The notes under the pieces: model-generated
What the model saw: the letters and a program-made list of their open reading frames with translations, nothing else
What the model was told of the DNA's origin: nothing
Databases searched by the model: none
Program-made: the position numbers and the translations under genes
Shown: piece after piece, positions 12,549 through 23,128 of the stretch
Position numbering within the stretch: position 1 is the stretch's first letter
Layout: the number at the start of each line of letters is the position of its first letter
Assembly (NCBI GenBank): GCA_043228905.1
Contig: JBHGNT010000005.1
Coordinates: forward strand, 16,988,001-17,052,000
Length of the DNA: 64,000 bases
Reading direction: 5' to 3'
From: Azolla caroliniana
Lineage: Eukaryota > Plantae > Polypodiophyta

Positions 12549-15500
12549 ATGTCTCGCAAATCGGGGAGTAGCAACAGGTGTGTTTATATTACTTTTTTTG
12601 TGTTTAATCCTGTCTTTAGTGATTAGGGTTTGTGATTGAAATTTCTGATTAGGGTTTGTGATTGAAATTTCTGATTAGGGTTTTTGATTATAAATTTCTG
12701 ATTAGAATTTTTGAATAGGGTTTCTGGTTACAAATTTTGATTACAAATTAGAATTTCTGAATAGGGTTTTTGTTTATAAATTTCTGCTTAGGATTTCTGA
12801 TTAGGGTTTGTGATTGAAATTTTTTATTAGGGTTTCTGATTGAAATTTCTGATTAGGGTTTTTGATTATAAATTTCTGATTAGAATTTCTGAATAAGGTT
12901 TCTGGTTACAAACTTCTGATTACAGATTTTGATTAGGGTTTCTGATTTCAAACTTCTGATTACAGATTTTGATTAGGTTAAGTTAAAGATTTTGCACCAT
13001 TTTTGTTGTTGTTGATTGGGGTTTTTGATTCTCACATATTCTGATTTTGCACTATTTCTGATTTCTGAAATGATATTTCAGATGGCTCGTTCCTCCGTAT
13101 ACGAGAGTGCTAAACTTCGCAAAATTTTGCGAGACAAAGGAGGACTTCCACAACACCTATGGTCTGTCACTCGAGGGTGTTGACCCTGCTGTCCTAAGTG
13201 ATAAATTGATCAGTGATATAGACTGGATGACAGTATATACAGTGCCTAGAGTCAAAGGCAAGGTCAAGCTGAAGCATGTACGAGCCGACTTGTACGATGA
13301 CTGCATGAGACTGCACCAGAAAGTTCATCAGGAGATCCCAGTCAACAATGAGTTGTCAGTTTCATTTGCTAGAGCATTTGCATATGAGTACTGCAAAACA
13401 GCGAAGGAATCTAGAGACCCTGAAATGTATAGGGTAGCTTGGGCAGTCTATGGTGAGGCATCGGTAAAAAGATGCCGAAAGATGGGGACCTTGGCACAAA
13501 AAATAGACAGATTTTGGAGCATGGCAGCTGTTGATGCAACTGCCGACTCCCAGCAAGACCGGGGGCATACACCACACCGACACCCAAGGAAAGCCAATGT
13601 CGATGATACAGGTGAGACATTGGTTAGCTATATGCTAAAAAATGTCCATGAAGCCTGTGAGACATTGGCATTTTTTAAGACTGATTTAGAGAAAGCCACA
13701 ATGGCTTCTGCAATGGAGAGCAAAGTTACTTCTGCTGTTACAACAATTAGAAATAAGATTCAGGTAACTATTGTTTTGCTGGTATGTGATTGTGTTATAA
13801 ATAACGGGTAAAATGTGCTAATCAAGCATTATCTGGAATAGGTTGCGCAACAGGAGCTTGAATTAGAGGGGCCACTGGATCCCCAGCGTAAAATAGAACT
13901 GCAAATAGAGATCCAGGTTCTTTCAATGAACCTGGACCTTCTAGGTGTAAATACTGTTGCAGATTACAATTTGGATAAGCTTCAAGTAAGTTAACGATTC
14001 CTGAGCAAAGTTGGTGTATCTTTCAACAACAAGAATAATTAATCGGTAAATTTCTCTGTTGCGTTGAAGGAACAATACATTCATCAAGAACAGGTAGTTA
14101 GCTGCCTTAAGAAGAAGCTACATTTTGTGGAGGAAATGGTAAGGACCAGACAGGATTTGGACCTGAACATTCTTGCTCCCTTACCAAATGAAGTAGAACC
14201 AGAAAATGATTTATTGACAGTTCAAGCACGTTGCATCGCTTGCGGGTTAGGTGTGGAGGACAAAACTGCGTCTTTGTTGGTTCACCTACAACCATGCAAC
14301 CACACATACCATCTGCTTTGTTTTCAACATGCCTGTCGAATTGCTGCATTCTGTTTGGGAGATTGCAGTACAACTCTACCAAATGAGTGGAGAAAACAAA
14401 CAGGTATACCATACTGTAGCTAATAAGCTTAGTCTTTTCTAATTAGCTATCCTACTAGCTAATTAGCTACTGGCAGCTAATGAGCTACTAGCTAATTAGC
14501 TGTCCTAGTAGCTAATTAGCTATGGTACTAGCTAATTAGCTAGTACCATAGTTGTGTAAAAAAGCTAAATAGCTATCCTACTAGCTAAATTAGCCACTGG
14601 CAACTAATTAGCTATCCTAGTAACTAATTAGCTACTGCCATAGTTGTGTAAAGTAGCTAATAAGCTATCCTAGTAGCTAGTTAGCTATGGTACTAGCTAA
14701 TTAGCTAGTACCATAGTTGTGTAAAAAAGCTAATTAGCTATCCTACTAGCTAATTAGCTACTGGCAACTAATTAGCTATCCTACTAGCTAATTAGCTATC
14801 ATAGTAGCTAATTAGCTACTGACATAGTTGTGTAAAGTAGCTAATAAGCTATCCTAGTAGCTAGTTAGCTATGGTACTAGCTAATTAGCTAGTACCATAG
14901 TTGTGTAAAATAGCTAATTAGCTATCCTACTAGCTAATTAGCTACTAGCAACTAATTAGCTATCCTACTAGCTAATTAGCTATCCTACTAGCTAATTAGC
15001 TATCATAGTAGCTAATTAGCTACTGACATAGTTGTGTAAAGTAGCTAATAAGCTATCCTAGTAGCTAGTTAGCTATGGTACTAGCTAATTAGCTAGTACC
15101 ATAGTTGTGTAAAAAAGCTAATTAGCTATCCTACTAGCTAATTAGCTACTGGCAACTAATTAGCTATCCTACTAGCTAATTAGCTATCCTACTAGCTAAT
15201 TAGCTATCATAGTAGCTAATTAGCTACTGACATAGTTGTGTAAAGTAGCTAATTAGCTATCCTAGTAGCTAATTAGCTACTGGCAGCTAATTAGCTGTCC
15301 TAGTAGCTAATAAGCTATCCTAGCTACTACATAGTTGAGAAAGTAGCTAATTAGCTTTCATTGTAGCTAATTAGCTATCCTAGCTACCACCATAGTTAAT
15401 AAAGTAGCTAATTAGCTATCCTAGCTACTACCATAGTTAATAAAGTAGCTAATTAGCTATCCTAGCTACCACCATAGTTAATAAAGTAGCTAATTAGCTA

Positions 15501-16713
15501 CCATAGTAGCTAATTAGCTATCCTAGTAACTAATTAGCTATCCTAGTAACTAATTAGCTACTGCCATAGTTGTGTAAAGTAGCTAATAAGCTATCCTAGT
15601 AGCTAATTAGCTACTAGCAGCTAATTAGCTATCCTAGTAGCTAATTAGCTACTACCATAGTTGAGTAAAGTAGCTAATTAGCTATCCTTAGCTACTACCA
15701 TAGTTGAGTAAAGTACCTAATTAGCTATCCTACTAGCTAATTAGCTACTGGCAACTAATTAGCTATCCTAGTAGCTAATTAGCTATCCTAGTAGCTAATT
15801 AGCTGCTGGAAACTAATTAGCTATCCTACTAGCGAATTAGCTATCCTAGTAGCTACTGCCATAGTTGTGTAAAGTAGCTAATAAGCTATCCTAGTAGCTA
15901 ATTAGCTACTGGCAGCTAATTAGCTGTCCTAGTAGCTAATTAGCTACTGGCAGCTAATTAGCTGTCCTAGTAGCTAATAAGCTATCCTAACTACTACCAT
16001 AGTTGAGTAAAGTACCTAATTAGCTATCCTAACTACTACCATAGTTGAGTAAAGTACCTAATTAGCTATCATACTAGCTAATTAGCTATCGTACTAGCTA
16101 ATTAGCTATCCTAGCTTCTACCATAGTTTAGTAAAGTAGCTAATTAGCTATCCTAAATAACTGTCATGTTATTGTAGAATCTTGTGGATTAAGGACGGCA
16201 CATGATGTGTCTGGTGCTGATGATGCTGCAACAGATGAGGATACTACTGCCAATGTGGCTGAAAGTAAGAGTCCTGCTATCACATCTCCTTCAGATCAGC
16301 TGCACCCTATTCTTTTGGAACAGTGTACTGAATTAGGCAACGATGTGAAATGCCATGAAATAGTGGAAACAACATGTAAAACTGAGGTTCACAACAACAG
16401 TGTTTATGAACACTTGATGCAACATTTCTTCGAGTCTCAAGACCTTGATTCCACCCCACCGAGCCCAACTACTGAAAATGTCCAAACAGATCCCTCTGTA
16501 CTTGAAAAGCTAGTTCAAGAAACGGCTGATGTGCAATTAGCTGCTGAGGCGATGGGAAGGTTGTCGGAGGAGGACACACTTGCGCATTGGGTCCTAGAAG
16601 CAAGGCTAAATGGGGAACCAACCAGAAAAAGGCTGAAGAAGGGGCCACGATCGGGAACAAGACCAGTTACTCGGTCAAGGGGCCCAGACGTAGTGGAGCG
16701 AAATACTGTTTAG
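12549..16713 (+). CDS. Five-exon, about 574-aa protein with a coiled coil and a RING-H2-like finger (Sola2 cargo)
   Basis: Exons 12549-12577, 13082-13763, 13842-13985, 14070-14403 and 16178-16713; all introns GT-AG, phases compatible, no internal stop. CIAC...PCNHTYHLLC...CLGDC; basic NLS-like TRKRLKK near the C-terminus. Confidence 0.75.
12620..12980 (+). repeat. Degenerate 25-26-bp tandem repeat containing TTAGGG, in intron 1 of the RING gene
   Basis: Repeated tgattagggtttgtgattgaaatttc and variants. Confidence 0.8.
14418..16155. repeat. Palindromic TAGCTAATTAGCTA satellite (about 20-bp units, higher-order period about 190-210 bp) in intron 4 of the RING gene
   Basis: Dozens of tagctaattagcta cores with short spacers; recurring catagttgtgtaaa marker. 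Confidence 0.95.
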
Positions 16714-16883
16714 TTGGATATGATTGTTAGCTTAGGGATTTTGCTAGGGTTTTATGAAGTTTTACTATCCTGTTGGACAAGTAAAACCTCAGATTGGTTG
16801 TTGCTTGATCCACATTATGTAATGGAACTCTATGATGTTTTTCCAAGATAATTTGAAGAGTGTTGTTCTATGACTGAAACTCT

Positions 16884-18017
16884 TTGATGTTCAGGATATT
16901 GTTTTGTGAGACTAGTAGTTACTTTGTGAGTGTGAATATGTTGGTGTTTTCTGATGTTGCAGAGTCTAAAGGGTTTGATTCTATTGCTCGTAAGGCCAAT
17001 GGCAGTGTGGATACTGTTGATGTTGCGGCATGTTTAAAGGGCCCCATCTTGAAAGTAGATGTAGCAACTGACACAAGTGATCTGGTCACACAAGTTGATC
17101 AAGCATGTAGCACGGATGACTTGGTGTTGCAGGTAGATGCAGCATGTAGCACGGATGACTTGGTGTTGCAGGTAGATGCAGCATGTAGCACGGATGACTT
17201 GGTGTTGCAGGTAGATGCAGCATGTGATACCAGTGGATTGATATCGAGCAGAACAGTAGCTACATGCACTGAGGTAATCCAAGGATTGATAACTAAGTCG
17301 ACAAAACAAGAGCACCAGAATGTGAAGCTAGGCCCAACACAGTCGACTAGGGGTTTAAAGAGGAAAAGGACACCAGTTGTGTCAGCCGAACCTGAGCTGA
17401 TTGAGATTGATCGTATCCTACCAGAAAATGGTGTAACAGCGGCTCAGTTTCAGGAATGGAAACCTAAACCACTAGAAGTCGAGCGAAGAGCCTTGATCTT
17501 GGAGCTGGATAAAGTCTTGATGAGTGTGAGATATATGCAGCCAAGGAGGGACGCAAATCAGTTTCTAGAGTGGGCTGCGGAGTACTTCGATTTGTTTATT
17601 TGGAGTGAGAAACCAAAATCAGATGTGTGGAAGTGTTTGGCAAGATTCTTCCCAAAATGGCGAAGTCGTTTTAAAGGTCAATGGGCACGAGAAAGTTGTG
17701 AGCAGATGGAAGCTGCAAGATTCAAGAGGCTTTCTGATTTTTGGGCTACTTGGCCTGAATATAATGCTGACAATACATTGATTTTGGATACAGAACATTT
17801 CCGACACTACTTCAATATTCGGAGATGCTGTCTCATTCTACCCGAGGAAATGCCTGAACAGTACCTGGTGCAAACAGTGAGCTGCCAACTAGGTGCATGG
17901 TTGTGGACTCCATACCGAGCTCAATATGCGGATAATATATGTAGACTCGTTCCACTGACTAGCAAGAGCTTAGCTGTTTATAGGAGATTTGTAGACATTT
18001 CCAATGGTAATTTATAA
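16884..18017 (+). CDS. FCP1/SCP (NIF)-like HAD phosphatase-domain protein with N-terminal 13-aa repeats (Sola2 cargo)
   Basis: ALILELDKVLM (DxDxT/V position), PRRDANQFLEWAAEYFDLFIWS, KRLSDFW...YNADNTLILD; 39-bp repeat (DAACSTDDLVLQV) at about 17097-17226; KRKR NLS-like. True start or upstream exon uncertain. Confidence 0.65.
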   Translation: MMFRILFCETSSYFVSVNMLVFSDVAESKGFDSIARKANGSVDTVDVAACLKGPILKVDVATDTSDLVTQVDQACSTDDLVLQVDAACSTDDLVLQVDAACSTDDLVLQVDAACDTSGLISSRTVATCTEVIQGLITKSTKQEHQNVKLGPTQSTRGLKRKRTPVVSAEPELIEIDRILPENGVTAAQFQEWKPKPLEVERRALILELDKVLMSVRYMQPRRDANQFLEWAAEYFDLFIWSEKPKSDVWKCLARFFPKWRSRFKGQWARESCEQMEAARFKRLSDFWATWPEYNADNTLILDTEHFRHYFNIRRCCLILPEEMPEQYLVQTVSCQLGAWLWTPYRAQYADNICRLVPLTSKSLAVYRRFVDISNGNL

Positions 18018-18255
18018 ATATGTAAAGAGATGACATTATTCAATGAAGAATTTAATTACTTGTTCCCACTGTACTTATCTACTATGTAATTTGAGGAATA
18101 TGTTGCAGATTGTTGATTTCATTCTATTGATGACTATTTAGCTATTGACAGCTAATTAGCTACATTTGTACAGCTAATTAGCTGCATTTGTACAGCTAAT
18201 TAGCTGCATTTGTACAGCTAATTAGCTGCATTTGTACAGCTAATTAGCTACTGAT

Positions 18256-18595
18256 GACTATTTCGCTATAACTTATAACTTAAAACTTAACAAAAAAGAC
18301 ATGATTTTATTGAGAAAGAAGCACAGAAAGCAGACTGTATACAAGAAATTGATTCCAAACGAATTTATTGATCTGTTTTCGCGAAATACATGTTTGTTTT
18401 ACAAGAGAACATGGTAAGTGCTAGGGTTGACTATTTCGCTATAACTTATAACTTAAAACTTAACAAAAAAGACATGATTTTATTGAGAAAGAAGCACAGA
18501 AAGCAGACTGTATACAAGAAATTGATTCCAAACGAATTTATTGATCTGTTTTCGCGAAATACATGTTTGTTTTACAAGAGAACATGGTAAGTGCT
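18256..18595. repeat. Direct duplication with 172-bp period between the convergent 3' ends of the HAD gene and the transposase
   Basis: tgactatttcgctataac...aacatggtaagtgcta occurs at 18256-18423 and 18428-18595. Confidence 0.9.
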
Positions 18596-18603
18596 ACTTG
18601 TAG

Positions 18604-21600
18604 CTACAAATTCCATGGCATACTATTGTAAATACATTCATACACATTAGCACCAACAGTGTATAAACCGGAGCAGCTATTGTATTCTGACATTGGGACG
18701 TTGATGCATCTGACCAAATGAGAGTACATATACGCTGCTGGTTTGTCTTCTAACAGCCTGTACACATATTCGTAGTCATCTAGTTTTGCATAAAAAATGC
18801 CTTCGATGTAGAATGTCCCGGCAGATACAAAATTTCCCCATGCATCTACAATATTCTGCCTTGCACACTGTTTACTAACCGTGCACTTTAATATATAGAA
18901 ATCAGCACCCTCTGAATTGCCTTCTTCAGCATTTACAGCGAAGTTATCCCCAACGTTCAGGACATCACTCAAAGTATCTCCAAGTCCCTCATATGTGAAG
19001 TCAGCATTCTGCCCTGTTTCTCCATCAACTGCTTCCTTATCATTCAGAGTGTGATACTCCCAATTCTGAATGTATGCTTTGTTTAGACAATATCTCCAAT
19101 TTCCCTGCACACAATGGAAGCAAAAACAAGTCAATTCTCTCACCGCAATACAATGACCATCCAACCTGGAATAACCGCGAACAGCATGCAGAGATCGCAA
19201 TTCGGGAATTCCCTGGCACTCCCAGGTCTTCTCCCTATTTACTTCATCTATCTTCACTTCCCAAAATTCACGTTTGATATCTCGAACTTGCGAGGAATAA
19301 ACACCTGTGGCACTCGTCGACATATTTGTTCTTAAAAATTCAACTACATGTGATGCACAATTCATGTGCACACCATCTGTCTTTAGTTGTTCATGGGTAA
19401 GTGCCCGCTTTATAACAGCCCCTGCACCATCATGTTCACCTTTACCATGGCCAGACCCAAAAAAATTCCATCTCATCTCCAAACCTGTTATAGCAGGATA
19501 CCTCCCCACAAAATAAAACGGACGTCGAGCCTTGAATTGTGACGCAGCTCCGTCAGACCAGACCCAATGTTGAGTAAGCTCCAAACGTTGAGCTAATAAC
19601 CACTGCCAATGTAACTTAAAACAGTGTTGGACGAACAAGGTATCATGCTTCTTATCATCGGAAATAAAGAAATGAATTACTTTTTTAACATCACCTGAAA
19701 CTCGAAAATATGTTATGTGCACAAAAATGGTTACCTGAACTGAACACCAATGCATAGATTGAATTTCATTCTGCTGCTTGAAAGTATAATTCTCTGTGAA
19801 ATCTACTACTGAGACTACTACATCATTTGGGAAATCAGATATGCAAGTCTTAAACTGATGGGCCTGCCATGAATAAATGAAGTTGTGTTTAATGAACTTT
19901 CCTAGAGATACTACAAACAGAGACACCAAACAGATAAAGGGGAATTAGTTATTCTCGTAACTAGCTAACTATCCTAGTAGCTAATTAGCTATTCTAGTAG
20001 CTAGTTAGCTATTCTAGTAGCTAGTTAGCTATTCTAGTAGCTAATTAGCTATCATGGTAGCTAATTAGTTGTCCTAGTAGCTAATTAGCTATCATGGTAG
20101 TTAATTAGCTGTCGTAGTAGCTAATTAGCTATCATGGTAGCTAATTAGCTATTCTAGTAGCTAATTAGCTATCATGGTAGCTAATTAGCTGTCGTAGTAG
20201 TTAATTAGCTATCATGGTAGCTAATTAGCTGTCCTAGTAGCTAATTGGTTGTCCTAGTAGCTAATTAGCTATCATGGTAGCTAATTAGCTGTCGTAGTAG
20301 CTAATTAGCTATCATGGTAGCTAATTAGCTATCATGGTAGCTAATTAGCTATTCTAGTAGCTAATTAGCTATCATGGTAGCTAATTAGCTGTCGTAGTAG
20401 CTAATTAGCTATCATGGTAGCTAATTAGCTGTCGTAGTAGCTAATTAGCTATCGTGGTAGCTAATTAGCTATTCTAGTAGCTAATTAGCTATTCTAGTAG
20501 CTAATTAGCTATTCTAGTAGCTAATTAGCTATTCTAGTAGCTAATTAGCTATCATGGTAGCTAATTAGCTGTCGTAGTAGCTAATTAGCTATCATGGTAG
20601 CTAATTAGCTGTCCTAGTAGCTAATTAGTTGTCCTAGTAGCTAATTAGCTATCATGGTGGCTAATTAGCTTGTCTACTAGCTAATTAGCTATCATGGTGG
20701 CTAATTAGCTTTCCTAGTAACTAATTAGCTATCATGGTAGCTAATTAGCTGGTCTAGTAGCTAATTAGCTATCGTGGTAGCTAATTAGCTAGTCTAGTAG
20801 CTAATTAGCTATAATGGTGGCTGATTAGCTTTCCTAGTAACTAATTAGCTATCATGGTAGCTAATTAGCTGGTATAGTAGCTAATTAGCTATCATGGTAG
20901 CTAATTAGCTGGTATAGTAGCTAATTAGCTATCATGGTAGCTAATTAGCTATCACGGTGGCTAATTAGCTGTCCTAGTAACTAATTAGCTATCATGGTAG
21001 CTAATTAGCTGGTCTAGTAGCTAATTAGCTATAATGGTGGCTAATTAGCTATCCTAACTAATTAGCTATCATGGTAGTAGCTATTGAGAGTAGCCAGTTA
21101 CCTATGTAGTAGCTATCATAGTAGCTAATTAGCTATCATGGTAGCTAATTAGCTTTCCTAGTAGCTAATTAGTTGGTAATAACGAAATAGCTAACTAGCT
21201 ACCATGATAGCTAACTAGCTAGCAGTACAGCTAATTAGCTTTTCTGCTAACTGAGCTAATTAACTTTCCGAGTAGAGTCAAAACAAATGTTGAGATAAAT
21301 GTAAATACCTGAGGTACATCAAGAAGATGAATGGGATGCTCCTCGTATTGATTTCTTCCAACACGTTTCCTGCATAAATCCTTTTTATTGGGTGAAACCC
21401 TACTCTCATTAGTCCAAAACATTGTGATTACATCCTTGATTTCAAATGTTATGGGTGTCATTGGCTTACATCTTGTAGTTAGCTTTAGTAGACTAGTTCC
21501 TTCACCCGAGGAAATTATACGGTTCATTGTATTGTACACTGTTTTTCTACTAACACCAATTACCTTAGATAGCTCACTGATGTTTATATCGTCAACATCA

Positions 21601-22058
21601 CTATTAAGTAACATCATTAGACTAGACCTTTTTAAGACAAGATCATCTTCTGACCTGCTCATGGATACGAAACTATTACGAAGATTATTTACTAAAATAG
21701 ATGATATGTTTGCATTACGACCATCACAATCAACTAAGTCCTTTATCGATGGATCATTACATATTCCATAAAGTACTACCTTCTTTTCTTCATTGCTGAT
21801 GTGCTTGGTTTGAACATTGAAATAGTCTACAACCTTTCTCTCTATGATGGTAGTCGCATTACTTACATTCTCATCTAAACTATCCTTACCTTTACTGAGT
21901 GTGGCTTTCGTATCCTTCAACAATTGACGATGTTTCCTTTTTTTTTCTGCCCAATAGTTTCGTATGGCTTGTTGTGTCCTGATAACATCATCCCTATCCT
22001 TATGATCATTGAGGGGTAATTCTAAACACCCTTCTTCCCCTTCCATTTGGCTAGACAT
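18604..22058 (-). CDS. Sola2-type DDD transposase (exons 22058-21309 and about 19910-18604; middle exon or exons probably lost)
   Basis: VVDFTENY...EIQSMHW, ISDDKKHD, WSDGAASQFK, FFGSGHGKGEHDGAGAVIKR, CFCFHC; N-terminal HTH-like ISELSKVIGVSRKTVY. Donor at 21308 is phase 0, nearest acceptors are phase 1. Confidence 0.82.
19958..21260. repeat. Second TAGCTAATTAGCTA satellite array (near-strict 20-bp period) in the transposase intron
   Basis: Units such as tagctaattagctatcatgg, tagctaattagctattctag and tagctaattagctgtcgtag. Confidence 0.95.
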
Positions 22059-22389
22059 GTTAAAACCCTAAATTTCCAGAAAAAAAAACAAGTATTAAAG
22101 ATGGCTATGGGCAACAACAATACACAAAAATATTCCACACAATACACAAGATTAGACACAACAATACACAAGATAATCAATAGACAGAAAAGTTATTGCA
22201 ATCCAAGACCGAACAGTAGAGGATTTCACTCTGTTGGATCCAACAGTTGAGGAGGCGATCCAAGACCGACCAATGGCAACAACTGAGTGTAGAATGTTGC
22301 CGTTGGATGAGTGAACTCCGTCAAATCGAAATGTGGAAGCAATCCGGGACTGGACAGTAGTGGCAACTGAGTATAGAATGATGGCAATG

Positions 22390-23128
22390 GAGGAGAGAAC
22401 CCCGTCAGATTGAACAGTTACCGATGATGCTTGAAACGCACATAGAAGGCACTTGAGAATAGAGTGGCATAGAGAAGAGAACCCCGTCAGATTGAACAGT
22501 TACCAATGATGCTTGAAACGCACAGTAGCGGCCCCTGAGTGAGAGTGGAAAAGAGAAGAGAACCCCGTCAGATTGAACAGTTACCAATGATGCTTGAAAC
22601 GCACAGTAGCGGCCCCTGAGTGAGAGTGGAAAAGAGAAGAGAACCCCGTCAGATTGAATAGCTCTTCGATTATGCTTGGAACGCACAGTAGCAACCCCTG
22701 AGTGTAGAGTGGCAAAGAGAAGAGAACCCCGTCAGATTGAACAACTCTTTGATGATGCTTGGAACGCACAGCAGCGGCCCCTGAGTGTAGAGTGGCACAG
22801 AGAAGAGAACCCCCTCAGATTGAACAGCTCTTTGATGATGCTTGGAACGCACAGTAATGGCCCCTGAGTGTAGAGTGGCACAGAGAAGAGAACCCCCTCA
22901 GATTGAACAGCTCTTTGATGATGCTTGGAACGCACAGTAATGGCCCCTGAGTGTAGAGTGGCACAGAGAAGAGAACCCCGTCAGATTGAACAATTCTTTG
23001 ATGATGCTTGGAATGCACAATAGTGGCCCCTGAGTGTAGAGTGTCACAGAGAAGAGAACCCCGTCAGATTGAGCAGCTCTTTGATGATGCTTGGAACGCA
23101 CAGTAGCAGCCCCTCAGTGTAGAGTGGC
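22390..23128. repeat. About 9 copies of an 81-83-bp tandem repeat upstream of the Sola2 transposase
   Basis: Unit gagaaccccgtcagattgaacag...gatgcttggaacgcacag...gagtggca; ORF track shows an 83-bp period. Confidence 0.92.

Noticed and set aside
12620-12980. Chromosome end or interstitial telomere
   Set aside because: TTAGGG is embedded in 25-26-bp units rather than contiguous telomeric repeats.
19958-23128. Regular 20-bp and 83-bp arrays as CRISPR arrays
   Set aside because: No unique spacers and no cas genes; units are simple tandem copies in a eukaryotic TE.
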